DNA of 64,000 nucleotides, from NCBI GenBank assembly GCA_040375445.1, contig JBEISK010000002.1, positions 30,459 through 94,458 of the forward strand, given 5' to 3'. Below the pieces are notes generated by a model. That model was not told the DNA's origin and did no database searches. It was given only the letters and a program-made list of their open reading frames with translations. The translations under genes were made by a program, and so were the position numbers. Positions 1 through 9,704 of the stretch are shown here, in pieces (within the stretch, counting starts at the first letter, position 1; every line of letters begins with the position of its first letter). Source of the DNA: Gammaproteobacteria bacterium. GTDB taxonomy: Bacteria; Cyanobacteriota; Vampirovibrionia; Vampirovibrionales; JAJTHC01.

Positions 1-1301
1 CAAAGCGTGGCATTTTTGGGGTTTCGCTGATTGTGAATGAGATTCATCACGCTTAACGCCATCGCAATGCGGTGATCGTGCCACGCACTCAAAGGAGTTG
101 TGGCGTCTTTTGGCAAGCACAAATCGGGATTGCCCTGCATGACTAAGCCATCTTCAAAGAGTTCGACGTTTAAGCCAAGCTTGGCGAATTCAGTCGCCAC
201 CGCAAGCAAACGGTCGCTTTCTTTCGCTCGTAATTCTTCAGCCCCCTTGACAGTGAGCGTGCCGTCTAACCACGCACAAGCCACCGCTAAAATCGGGATT
301 TCATCCACCATCGCAGGAATATCCACGGCTTGGAGCGTTAAATCACCCTTCAGTTCACACGCTTGCACTCGAACATGCCCCACAGGTTCGCCCCCGATGA
401 CACGTTCATTTTCGATACTGATTTTGGCACCGATTTTCATCAACGCCTCAAACAAGCCGATGCGTTGTGGATTCAAGCCCACATCTTCAATCAAAATATC
501 AGAGTTCGGACTCAACAAGGCCGCCACCATAGGAAAGGCTGCGGAAGAAGCATCCGAAGGTACTAGAAAATCGACGGGTTTTAAAACGTCGATTTGACGA
601 GCCTTTAAGTGAATCACGCCAGCGTCATTGACGCTAATATCCGCCCCCATGGCACGAAGCATGCGCTCGCTGTGATCCCGACTGGGCAGGGGTTCTTCAA
701 TCGTGGTGTCTTCAGTCGCAAATAATCCAGCCAATAATACCGCTGATTTTACTTGAGCCGAGGCAATCGGCATGACATAATGAATACCCTTTAAACCTGT
801 TTCATTTGGCACAAAGGTCATGGGGGCAAGCGTGTTGTGTTGCTTGCCGAACCATGTGGCTCCCATTTGAGACAAGGGCTTCATCACACGCCCCATCGGG
901 CGTTTAACGAGGCTTTTATCCCCACTCATCACCGCATAACGATTCTGCCCTGAAATCAATCCACTCATTAGGCGAATCGTCGTGCCTGAATTGCCACAAT
1001 CTAGCACGTGGTCGGCTTCTTGCCATTGCGTTAAACCTTTGACTTGCCAATGCCCTGTGCTTGCATCCACAAGTGTTATTTCTACCCCCAACTGACGCAA
1101 AACATCTCGGGTGGAAAAGACGTCCGCACTGGGGAGCAAGCCCCGCACTTGGCTGGTCGCATCAACCAACCCCGCCAGCATCAGGCTACGGTGGCTAATG
1201 GATTTGTCCCCTGGCACTTTAAACGTGCCGTGCAAACCGTGGGGCGTTTCGATTTTCTGAAGGGTGAGGGAGTCGTTTTTTTGTGTTTCTATGGCGTTCA
1301 T
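1..1301 (-). CDS. aroA: 3-phosphoshikimate 1-carboxyvinyltransferase (EPSP synthase); C-terminus runs off the window start
   Basis: Reverse-strand translation starting at ATG 1301-1299 gives MNAIETQK...GDKSISHRSLMLAGL...LDCGNSGTTIRLMSGL, the classic EPSPS motifs. It is absent from the ORF track because it has no in-window stop. The + ORF 100-597 is its antisense artefact. Confidence 0.85.
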   Translation of the reverse strand, partial: MNAIETQKNDSLTLQKIETPHGLHGTFKVPGDKSISHRSLMLAGLVDATSQVRGLLPSADVFSTRDVLRQLGVEITLVDASTGHWQVKGLTQWQEADHVLDCGNSGTTIRLMSGLISGQNRYAVMSGDKSLVKRPMGRVMKPLSQMGATWFGKQHNTLAPMTFVPNETGLKGIHYVMPIASAQVKSAVLLAGLFATEDTTIEEPLPSRDHSERMLRAMGADISVNDAGVIHLKARQIDVLKPVDFLVPSDASSAAFPMVAALLSPNSDILIEDVGLNPQRIGLFEALMKIGAKISIENERVIGGEPVGHVRVQACELKGDLTLQAVDIPAMVDEIPILAVACAWLDGTLTVKGAEELRAKESDRLLAVATEFAKLGLNVELFEDGLVMQGNPDLCLPKDATTPLSAWHDHRIAMALSVMNLIHNQRNPKNATL

Positions 1302-1378
1302 TAGAATTCTTTCTGATTCTTTTTAGGCATTGCTTATGCTAAAGTATTGGACAACTACTGTTAGACAAGGATGCACGG

Positions 1379-2170
1379 ATGATGTTTTCATTCTCTCACA
1401 AAGAAAATCGCAAAACAAAAGTTCCAACCCCCTGCATGGCGTTTGATGCCTTAAAGGTCGCCGTCTTAGCGTGGGTGCAAGAGGCAACGCATCCGCAACG
1501 GCTTTTGGTCGTCAGTGATAGCCTACTCGTGCAACGCTTAGCAGAGGAACTTTCCCCGCTTGAGAACTTTACGACTCTCAATGGGGATGAAGCCCCTGCC
1601 ACTCGTAAGCAACGAACTCGCCTATGGCTGAACTCGCCCAGCATGAAGCTGGTGCTAAGTGAGCAAGAAGCTTGGCGTTTGTGGAAGACGCATCCTCTAG
1701 CAGAAGCCTTACAATGGGTCATACCCCCTTTTAAAGCAACGCCTATCAAAACCATTTGTAAGCCACTCTCTTTTCAGATATTCCCTCTGATGCCTCAACT
1801 GATGAAACGCCACTTAACGACGAATCCCTCTCATCGCTTGATTTGGATTGTCGACGGTCTGCCTGCTTATGAGCGCCCGCAGGTGGGTGCCTTTGCAAAC
1901 GCAAAAACCGCATGGCAAGAAGAGATGACGCTTTCTCGACTTCATACCCTTGAAGATGCCCTTACCACAGGTGAAGTCACCGTGTTATGTGTGGATATTC
2001 ACAGTTTACAAGCCTTACATTTACCAACTCATGGTGTGGAAGGTCAAACGTTACGTTATCACGCCGTTTATGAGAGCAAGCATCCGTGCCAGTCGTGGAA
2101 AGATATAGCAACCATGCATCCATGGGCAAGCTTTACGAGGCATCCGCATGAGTGGTGGCGGTGGCTTTAA
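1379..2170 (+). CDS. hypothetical protein
   Basis: 263 aa ORF with no motif I recognise. Codon usage is consistent with its neighbours. Confidence 0.45.
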   Translation: MMFSFSHKENRKTKVPTPCMAFDALKVAVLAWVQEATHPQRLLVVSDSLLVQRLAEELSPLENFTTLNGDEAPATRKQRTRLWLNSPSMKLVLSEQEAWRLWKTHPLAEALQWVIPPFKATPIKTICKPLSFQIFPLMPQLMKRHLTTNPSHRLIWIVDGLPAYERPQVGAFANAKTAWQEEMTLSRLHTLEDALTTGEVTVLCVDIHSLQALHLPTHGVEGQTLRYHAVYESKHPCQSWKDIATMHPWASFTRHPHEWWRWL

Positions 2171-2198
2171 GGAAGCTCCCTTGAATCGATTAAAGGGT

Positions 2199-3107
2199 CT
2201 ACGTTTGCCTTGCCTGAGAACATGCCAAAGCACTAAAGTATTCGGGGAAATTTTGCTTGGCTTGAAGCACCGTAATGTCCCGTCCGGCTTGATTTAAAAT
2301 CGCTCGGTTACGTTGGTTGGTTTCGACTTGACGCTTTTCCGCTTCTGGCGAATGACGATATGCGGAATACACGATCCCTGCAGCTGAACCTAGTCCCATT
2401 AAGAGCGGAAACCACTTAGAGAATAACGGTCGTTGACCTTCAAGAACTTCACGTGCTTGAAGGTGTTTGAAGCCTGCCAAGGCATGATGCAAATCCGCGA
2501 CAGACGCATTCGCATTGGCTTGAATACGGGTGAGTATTGCTTTGGCTTCGTTCGATAAGGATTTATCCTTCAAAGCGGTGGAGATTTCACCCCACAACTC
2601 ATTTTTTGGTGTTTCTTCGGGTATGGAGGCTAAATTGGTATGGCTATGGGCTTCCGCACTTAATCTTTGATAGTCATACCTATTGGTGAATCTTTGATAG
2701 GCATTGTCAAACAGTGCGAAAACTCCCGCAACCAAGATTCCATCAATGAAAGCGAACACAAAGCTTTGTTTTTCAACAAGTTCTTTCGCTTGTTGAGGGT
2801 TGCCTACCTGTTCAGACAAGAACATATCAGGACTAGAATATTGCTTCGCCACTTGTGTGGCTTCCATTTGATTTAAGGCTTCATTTAAGCGTTTTTTAGC
2901 ATCCAGCTGGGGGGTGGGGATGGATTGAACTTCAGAAGAAGGTTCAAGCATCATAAACACGGTGGTTTCTTCTTCGCTAAAAGCAGGCAAGGGGCGATCT
3001 GCGGGGGGCAAAGCCGTGGATGGTTGAAAGCGAGAAGAAATAGCGGGAAACAACATGGGGCGAATCCTTTGGGGTTGGAAGAGAAAAGCGTAGTCTAAAT
3101 CTACCAC
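2199..3107 (-). CDS. hypothetical protein (coiled-coil, one hydrophobic segment)
   Basis: 302 aa ORF convergent with the upstream gene. No recognisable domain. Confidence 0.45.
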   Translation of the reverse strand: MVDLDYAFLFQPQRIRPMLFPAISSRFQPSTALPPADRPLPAFSEEETTVFMMLEPSSEVQSIPTPQLDAKKRLNEALNQMEATQVAKQYSSPDMFLSEQVGNPQQAKELVEKQSFVFAFIDGILVAGVFALFDNAYQRFTNRYDYQRLSAEAHSHTNLASIPEETPKNELWGEISTALKDKSLSNEAKAILTRIQANANASVADLHHALAGFKHLQAREVLEGQRPLFSKWFPLLMGLGSAAGIVYSAYRHSPEAEKRQVETNQRNRAILNQAGRDITVLQAKQNFPEYFSALACSQARQT

Positions 3108-3158
3108 ACCCCCCTGCCCAAGTCAAGCCTGACAGCGGGAAGCGATTAGAGTTACAAT

Positions 3159-4379
3159 TTAGAGTTGTTCAGCTAAAGAGGGATCATAGATCAGGCGCTT
3201 TAATTCCACTAAGGCATCATCTTTCATTTCACGAACCCTATTATAACCAAGCTTTAACTGGCTGGCTATTGTTCTCAATCCTTTATTCTCCTCACCATTT
3301 AGCCCAAAATAAAGAACTAAAATTTGTTGTGTTTGTTCATCAAGCTTTCCTAATGCGGCCTTTAGAGCATCTTGAGCAACTTGCTTCCGCATATATTCTT
3401 CAGGCGTTTGACTAGTGCTATCGGCAATAAAATCACCTAACTGTGAATCTGTGTCCTGATAAATGGGGGTTTCTAACGATAGCTGTGTACGGGTAGCTGT
3501 TAGAATCATCTGAACTAACTCATCACTCTCTTGAACCCTTTGGCCGAGTTCTATTGTGCTAGGGGGTCTGCCGAGTTCTTGAGTAAGCTCTTTAGCTGCT
3601 GTTCGCAATCTCCAGTATATTTCATGAACACCCTCGGGAAGTCGAATAGGAAGAGCTGTCTTCTTAATAGCTCTCGGGACATCTCGGCGGATCCACGGCG
3701 TGGCATAGGTTGAAAACTTATTGCCCTTTGTGGGGTCAAATAACTCTGCTGCTCCAGCTAAGCCCGCGCTCCCTTCTTGAATTAGGTCTGGTAACTCTAA
3801 TCCGTTACCCTGATATTTTTTCGCGATAGACACCACCAAACGCAAATTCGCACTCACCATTCTGTCATGCGCCCGCTTGGCAACTCGTACTCTTTTAATC
3901 TCGTCTGGGTTTAACTTTAGACTACCAGATACATTATTTCTCGCATGGTATGCGTTAAGTATATCGTCTAATCCTGGATTTGTGATTACTTTACCTTTAG
4001 AGTCCAGAATTTCGCCTAATTCCTTTTTGAGTTGGTAAAGGTATTCTTTAAGTAAAGCGGTAAATCCTGGATTTTCGATTACTTCTTTCTTGGAGTTTAG
4101 AATTGGGGGTATTTGCTGTCTAAGACCTTGAAGTATCTCCCAGCCCGCCTGGATTTGGCGAGCCAACTCAATTTCTTCGTCAGGCCTAAGCAACTTCACA
4201 CGCCCTATAGCGTTGAGGTAGTCTTGAATATTATTCCCAGTTCTTTGTGTTGGGCGAAAATGATCCGTCGTGCTTTGATTTAGGGATGACCCATACGCCC
4301 TGCTTGCTTGTGTTGGATTGTGTTGATTGAGAGACGGCTTGTAAGTAGACGTTCGAGACGCAGACAAAATGATATTCAT
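3159..4379 (-). CDS. RNA polymerase sigma-70 family factor (group-2-like, divergent)
   Basis: Region 1.2/2 (DEEIELARQI...[11 protein letters not shown]...DLIQEG...FSTYATPWIRR), region 3 and region 4 HTH (LRTIASQLKLGYNRVREMKDDAL) are present. The N-terminus contains an internal duplication (K-VI-NPG-F/L blocks). Confidence 0.85.
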   Translation of the reverse strand: MNIILSASRTSTYKPSLNQHNPTQASRAYGSSLNQSTTDHFRPTQRTGNNIQDYLNAIGRVKLLRPDEEIELARQIQAGWEILQGLRQQIPPILNSKKEVIENPGFTALLKEYLYQLKKELGEILDSKGKVITNPGLDDILNAYHARNNVSGSLKLNPDEIKRVRVAKRAHDRMVSANLRLVVSIAKKYQGNGLELPDLIQEGSAGLAGAAELFDPTKGNKFSTYATPWIRRDVPRAIKKTALPIRLPEGVHEIYWRLRTAAKELTQELGRPPSTIELGQRVQESDELVQMILTATRTQLSLETPIYQDTDSQLGDFIADSTSQTPEEYMRKQVAQDALKAALGKLDEQTQQILVLYFGLNGEENKGLRTIASQLKLGYNRVREMKDDALVELKRLIYDPSLAEQL

Positions 4380-4476
4380 ATTAAAGTAATCCTAGATATT
4401 AGAGAGACAGCACCCAAGAAGTATAGTAAGGAAACAGGCCTAAGTCAAGAAGAACTTAGGCCTGTTTTAGAATAGT

Positions 4477-5525
4477 TTATTCAATGTATTCCCGCAAGCG
4501 ACGACTGCGGTTGGGGTGACGCAACTTACGCAAGGCCTTGGCTTCAATTTGACGAATGCGTTCACGCGTGACGCCAAACAACTGCCCCACTTCTTCAAGC
4601 GTGCGTTGACGACCGTCATCCAGCCCAAAACGCAAACGCAACACATCTCGCTCCCGCAAGGAAAGTCCCGCCAAGACTTCGGTCAAATCTTCACGCAACA
4701 GTTCATGGGCCACGCTTTGAGCAGGGGCTTCGGCTTCACGATCTTCAATGAAATCACCCAAGCGAGAATCTTCTTCTTTACCAATCGGTGTTTCAAGCGA
4801 CAACGGTTCTTGAGCGACTTTGATAATTTCACGCAACTTGTTAATCGAAATCGTCATGCTGGCAGCGAGTTCTTCTTCACTGGGTTTGCGTCCCAATTCT
4901 TGCGCCAGTTGACGGGTCTTTTTACGGAGCTTGTTAATCGTTTCCACCATGTGAACAGGTATGCGAATCGTACGGCTTGATCTGCAATGGCGCGGGTAAT
5001 GGCTTGACGGATCCACCAGGTGGCATAGGTCGAAAACTTATAGCCCCGTTCGTGGTCAAACTTTTCAGCGGCACGAATTAAGCCCAAGTTCCCTTCTTGA
5101 ATGAGATCCAAGAACAGCATGCCTCGTCCCACGTATTTTTTGGCGATTGAAACAACCAAACGCAAGTTGGCTTGTACCAATTTCTTTTTGGCTCGTAAGC
5201 CACCTTCGCCACCTTCAGCGATTTTTCGGGCAAACTCAATTTCTTCGTCTGCGGTGAGCAAGTTAATACGCCCAATTTCACGCAGGTACATGCGAACAGG
5301 GTCGTCCACGACGACGCCTTTGGTGTCGGCGGAAAAGTCTACGGTGTCGTCATCCGTATTGGCAAGCAAGCTGTTAATCACAACGGGGTTGCCGTGATTG
5401 AACAACGAAGCACTTTCATCTTTCATAAAATCATCAAGGCCCACATCGTCATGCGTGCTACGTTCAGAACGGTCGATGAGATCAATGAGGGCATCATCAC
5501 TTTTGGTAGATCGTCGTTTCATCAT
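4477..5525 (-). CDS. rpoD: principal sigma factor RpoD/SigA-like, split by an apparent -1 frameshift near 4985 (ORFs 4854-5606 and 4477-5016)
   Basis: The upstream ORF carries regions 1.2-2.4 ([44 protein letters not shown]). The downstream ORF carries [16 protein letters not shown] plus regions 3-4 ([22 protein letters not shown]...[30 protein letters not shown]). Restoring one C in caagcc[c]gtacgattcgc joins them in frame. The likely start is MMKRR at 5525; the ORF-track start 5606 adds a hydrophobic non-native leader. Confidence 0.85.
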
Positions 5526-5855
5526 AGAAAGCGTACATCCTTTGATTTTGAGGGGGAAAATTACAGAAAGCAGGCAACACACGCTGCCAATAAAGGGGTT
5601 TATCATTAAGAGATTGTATCTCTTACCTCTTATGTCTGCTTAAAAGAGCCTCAATCTCATCTTGTGCTAGTACAATGTCCCTATATGTAAATATCTTTAC
5701 AATTCTAGCGATTTCTTTGCTTGACGAGACCTTTTTCACAAATCACTCGGGAAATTATCATAGCATAAAGTATAAAAAAGGCGACTACTTCTTATTTGAA
5801 TATTTTTGTACTATAATTCTACAGAATAGGTTCTGCAAAATTTTCAAGGACGCTT

Positions 5856-7811
5856 ATGTCTCAAACCCTTTCTTTCCAAGACGCTGCTGAGCAAGTCAAG
5901 CAACAACTCAATGTGCTAGACACCATTGGGCGTTTTGTGTCGCTCAAAAAACGAGGGCGCTCCCACTTGGGACTCTGCCCCTTTCACAATGAACGCACGC
6001 CGTCTTTCAATGTTTCGGCAGAAAAAGGCTTTTTCAAATGCTTTGGATGCGGTGAAAGTGGCGATGCCATTAGCTTTTTAATGAAAATTGAACATAAAAC
6101 CTATGGCGAAATCATTCGTGAACAAGCGGATGAAATGGGTTTTCAAATTCGCTACAGCGATAGTGCGGAAGATCAAGCCAAATACGTCCAAAAAACGGAA
6201 GAACGTGAACGCCTGTGGGATGTTCTTCACAACGCAGGGCAGTGGTTTCATATGCAAATCCAAACCCCTGAACATGCACTGGTTCGTGACTATCTAAGCA
6301 ATCGAGGCACGTCAACCGATGCCCTTAAACGCTTTCAGCTCGGCTATGCCCCTGAATCGTGGGAAGCTCTCACCAGCTATCTTCACACGGCTTGCCCCCA
6401 TGTCGCCACCGATGCGTCTATTTTGGAGCGTGCCAGTGTCGCAGGCGTGCGAGACAACGGCAAAGGCTTTTACGACAAGTTTCGCCATCGTTTGATGGTG
6501 CCGATTCACGATCTAAAGGGTCACATCGTGGGTTTTGGCGGACGTGCTTTGGGAGACGATCAACAGCCCAAGTACCTCAATTCCAGCGAATCAATGATTT
6601 ATCAAAAAAGCCAGATTTTATACGGTTTATTTCAAGCGAAAGAAGCGATCCGCAAGCGTAAACGAGCCGTTGTCATGGAAGGCTACTTTGATGTGATTGC
6701 TTCTCACATGGCGGGTTTGGAAGAAGCCGTCGCCACTTGTGGAACGGCGTTAACCGAAGCTCATATTCCCTTATTGATTAAGTCGGGGGTGGAAACGCTT
6801 TACCTATGCTTTGACAGCGATTCCGCTGGACGTAATGCGGCGTTGAGTGCGTTGGAGCGGTTGGATCCGTGGATTCAACGGCAAACGCTTAAAATACGGG
6901 TCTTAAGCATTCCAAGTGGCAAGGATCCTGATGATTATTTTAAAACGCATGCCCTTAACGATTTTGAAGCCTTGATGTCGACTGCCCCTGATGGCTTGAG
7001 TTTTCGTTTGGACTGCGTGTTGGAAGGCATGAATACGCATCATGCGGAAGGGCAGTTGGATGCGAGCAATCGCTTGTTGCCTTTGCTGTCGAAGGTGAAG
7101 CATCCGATTTTGCGCGCCCAGTTATTGGCGAAATACGCCGAACGCTTGCATTTGTCTGAAGAAAGTTTGCGTCAAAGTTTGGCGTTGTTTGAAGGCAAGC
7201 AAATGCCGAAATCCACCTATACGCCTTCGGCTAAATACAATAAGCCTTACGATAAAAATAAGCGAAATACGTCTAAAACGCCCATGCCCCCTGAAGATTT
7301 TAGTCGTTTGCGTCAAGGGCTTTTAAAGCAACAAAGTTTGCCGATGATTGAGCAATCTCTGTTGAGTTTAGCCCTTTCGCATGAGGCTGTTTTTTACGGA
7401 TTGCAAAAATCGCTCGTGGGGTTTAGTTGGGAAAGCCCTACGCTTGGCTGGTTATGGCAACAAATCCAAGCCATGCCGTTTGTAGAAGCACAAGCTCATG
7501 TGCAGAATCTGTGGCACGAAGCTCAGCGTCAAAATAAGGCAGGGCTTTCTCAAGGTTTAGAAGCTGTGTTGATGGGGCAGGATGCCTTGCTAGAGCAGTT
7601 GAACGCCGAAACGCTGGATTCTTCACAACTCCTTCAAATGGTGAATGAAAGTTTAGCCCAATGGCAACGACGCAAGCAACAAGGACAATTGCAAGTTCGC
7701 AATAAGGCGTTTCGTCATAAGGAACATGAGCAATCTGCACCAGAAAGTTTGGATGATGAAGCGGTTATCTTACACTATGATGTGTTAGATGCTCAATCTC
7801 ATACCAATTAA
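5856..7811 (+). CDS. dnaG: DNA primase
   Basis: N-terminal zinc ribbon CPFHNERTPSF...CFGCGESGD, a TOPRIM domain (VVMEGYFDVIA...DSDSAGRNAA), and a C-terminal helicase-interaction region. Confidence 0.9.
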   Translation: MSQTLSFQDAAEQVKQQLNVLDTIGRFVSLKKRGRSHLGLCPFHNERTPSFNVSAEKGFFKCFGCGESGDAISFLMKIEHKTYGEIIREQADEMGFQIRYSDSAEDQAKYVQKTEERERLWDVLHNAGQWFHMQIQTPEHALVRDYLSNRGTSTDALKRFQLGYAPESWEALTSYLHTACPHVATDASILERASVAGVRDNGKGFYDKFRHRLMVPIHDLKGHIVGFGGRALGDDQQPKYLNSSESMIYQKSQILYGLFQAKEAIRKRKRAVVMEGYFDVIASHMAGLEEAVATCGTALTEAHIPLLIKSGVETLYLCFDSDSAGRNAALSALERLDPWIQRQTLKIRVLSIPSGKDPDDYFKTHALNDFEALMSTAPDGLSFRLDCVLEGMNTHHAEGQLDASNRLLPLLSKVKHPILRAQLLAKYAERLHLSEESLRQSLALFEGKQMPKSTYTPSAKYNKPYDKNKRNTSKTPMPPEDFSRLRQGLLKQQSLPMIEQSLLSLALSHEAVFYGLQKSLVGFSWESPTLGWLWQQIQAMPFVEAQAHVQNLWHEAQRQNKAGLSQGLEAVLMGQDALLEQLNAETLDSSQLLQMVNESLAQWQRRKQQGQLQVRNKAFRHKEHEQSAPESLDDEAVILHYDVLDAQSHTN

Positions 7812-9193
7812 ATATAGTCTAAGGGGCTGGGCTTATGAAGGGGCGGTTTTTCAAACGGCCGCTTTAAACGAGTCCCCTCATCTTGAGCATGTTGTTCCAC
7901 ATAATGGCGTGGCAGTAAATCCCCTAAAATACGACGGCGACACCGCTGCAACTGGCGTTGCTTATAACGGCTATGAGCAATATCACCCTCTTGATTCGCG
8001 ATGTAATGGGCTTTGTCGATAAATTGAATCTCATAAGGGAAGAAAAGCCGTTGCAAAGTACCGCCTTCATCCCCACGAGCAGGGACTTTAATCAATTGAC
8101 GAGTGGTAATATGTAAGGCTCTGTAATTGTTATCGCTATTGGGATTGTGTTTTGAAAAACTATTATGAGGCAACTTGGCATCCAGCTGTTGCAGGGTGCT
8201 GAGCAAATCCATCCAGCTAGGAAGAATCGTGTTCGGGCTTGGTTTTTCTGAATGAAGCGATGGGTAATCTTGCGGATGGTGCTGTTGCCACAAGCTTTGA
8301 AATTCATCTAAGGCAATCAGCGTATTTCGGGAACGCTCCGCTTTGACATTGCTAAACACCAGCAACTGCGATTCCATTAAAATATCCAACGCCACCAAGA
8401 CATCGGGAATGCTTTCGGTAATAATACGAATGCCAATGAAGTCGTCAATCAATTCAATGCTATTTTCTTTTTTGGAAAGAAGTTTGATGAGAAGGCTTTC
8501 TCGGCTTTTTTGTTCTTTAATTTCTAAACCATACAAGGCGAGTTGCTTGTCGCTGCCAGATCTTCCAATCACGACCTTTTCGCTTTCAAGGTCATAACGC
8601 ATAATTTCGCCATAGCCTTTTAAAATCTGTTGACGAGCAGGTTCAATAATCTGTAATCGTGGGGCATGTTCAATATGCGTCAAGGTATGCACAACTTTCA
8701 AAATCGCACACGCCCAACGACTTTCATCTGTGCGAGGCGTCGCAGAAGCCAAGCAGAGTAAATCGACGATACTCGTTTGTTGCAGGAAGCGATCAGGCAC
8801 ATGAAGGTGCAAACGATCAAAGGCGGTTTCTCCTTCTCCCGCTTCTAGCAAGCGGTTTTCAATAAAGCTAACGGCTTCTTGCACCAAGTGGTTCAGGCGT
8901 TGAGCGTCTTGCGTGTCGCTTAAATCATAGCCATAGGTCATTAAAAAACGATGGGCTTCTTCAGGTGTCCGAACTTGAATGGTGTTTTGTTCGATGATCG
9001 AAAGCCCCTGCACCAAACCGCTTAACAATTGCCACGGCAAGGGACGTTCCACATGAGGCGTTTCAGGTTCAAACACAATCTGTAAATAGGACGATTCATG
9101 CTGTTTTTTATGGCTTTGGGAAGTATTAATGTCCATTAAAGTGGTTTCCTGCTCACTGGGTTGAAGAAAAGCCTTACTTATAGTATAGCACAT
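7808..9193 (-). CDS. RelA/SpoT-domain nucleotidyltransferase (putative small alarmone synthetase-like) with an uncharacterised N-terminal region
   Basis: Synthetase-fold motifs: DFIGIRIIT (compare DxxGxRIIt), YRALHITT..., FPYEIQFIDKAHYIANQEGDIAHSRYKQ (compare EIQIRT..MH..AE.G.AAHWxYK). No HD hydrolase motif seen. It lies 69 nt downstream of cheY on the same strand. Confidence 0.65.
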   Translation of the reverse strand: MCYTISKAFLQPSEQETTLMDINTSQSHKKQHESSYLQIVFEPETPHVERPLPWQLLSGLVQGLSIIEQNTIQVRTPEEAHRFLMTYGYDLSDTQDAQRLNHLVQEAVSFIENRLLEAGEGETAFDRLHLHVPDRFLQQTSIVDLLCLASATPRTDESRWACAILKVVHTLTHIEHAPRLQIIEPARQQILKGYGEIMRYDLESEKVVIGRSGSDKQLALYGLEIKEQKSRESLLIKLLSKKENSIELIDDFIGIRIITESIPDVLVALDILMESQLLVFSNVKAERSRNTLIALDEFQSLWQQHHPQDYPSLHSEKPSPNTILPSWMDLLSTLQQLDAKLPHNSFSKHNPNSDNNYRALHITTRQLIKVPARGDEGGTLQRLFFPYEIQFIDKAHYIANQEGDIAHSRYKQRQLQRCRRRILGDLLPRHYVEQHAQDEGTRLKRPFEKPPLHKPSPLDYI

Positions 9194-9261
9194 TGTTGAT
9201 GGAAAAACGGGAGGGTTCTTGATTCACCCTCCCGTTTCAAAATATCGAGTTTTGAGCGAAT

Positions 9262-9630
9262 CTAAGCTTTCACGGCTCGAAGCTGTTCTATTTTTTGAGA
9301 AAAATCTTCGGGACTAAAGGGTTTCACCAAATAGTTGTTGGCTCCTGCTTTAATGGCAATCACCACATTATTGCGTTCGCCTTCGGTGGTAACCATCATA
9401 ATGGGTGTGGTGATTTGAGCTTCACGTAGTTTACGCACCACGTCGATACCTAATAAACCAGGCATGTTCCAATCCATTAAAATAAGATCAAAGTTTTCTT
9501 TTGAAGCGGCTTCTAAACCTTCAAGGCCGTCCGTGGCTTCGGTCACGTCTTCAATACCACATTGTTTTAATTCACGAATAATTACCTTACGCATAACGGC
9601 GGAATCATCTACAACTAAAACATTTATCAT
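9262..9630 (-). CDS. cheY: chemotaxis response regulator CheY (stand-alone receiver)
   Basis: Receiver-only protein of 122 aa: VLVVDDS...LILMDWNMPG...KAGANNYLVKPF. Confidence 0.85.
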   Translation of the reverse strand: MINVLVVDDSAVMRKVIIRELKQCGIEDVTEATDGLEGLEAASKENFDLILMDWNMPGLLGIDVVRKLREAQITTPIMMVTTEGERNNVVIAIKAGANNYLVKPFSPEDFSQKIEQLRAVKA

Positions 9631-9704
9631 TATAATGACCTTTACCTAAACATTGAGGGATGTGCAATCCTATAAGAGACCTATAACTAAACAGAGGGAC
9701 ATTA

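Noticed and set aside
100-597. 165 aa + strand ORF, and ORFs 363-566 and 1044-1304
   Set aside because: Low-complexity Ser/Ala-rich translations lying antisense to the clearly recognisable aroA coding frame. They are artefacts.
4516-4980. 154 aa + strand ORF
   Set aside because: Antisense to the rpoD region 3-4 coding sequence. No features of a real gene.
5796-5818. Candidate sigma-70 promoter (ttgaat ... tataat) upstream of dnaG
   Set aside because: The -35/-10 spacing is only about 11 nt, too short for a functional pair. The tataat alone is kept only as a weak hint in the findings.
6078-6661. Several 65-100 aa ORFs within dnaG
   Set aside because: Alternative-frame artefacts inside a well-supported gene.
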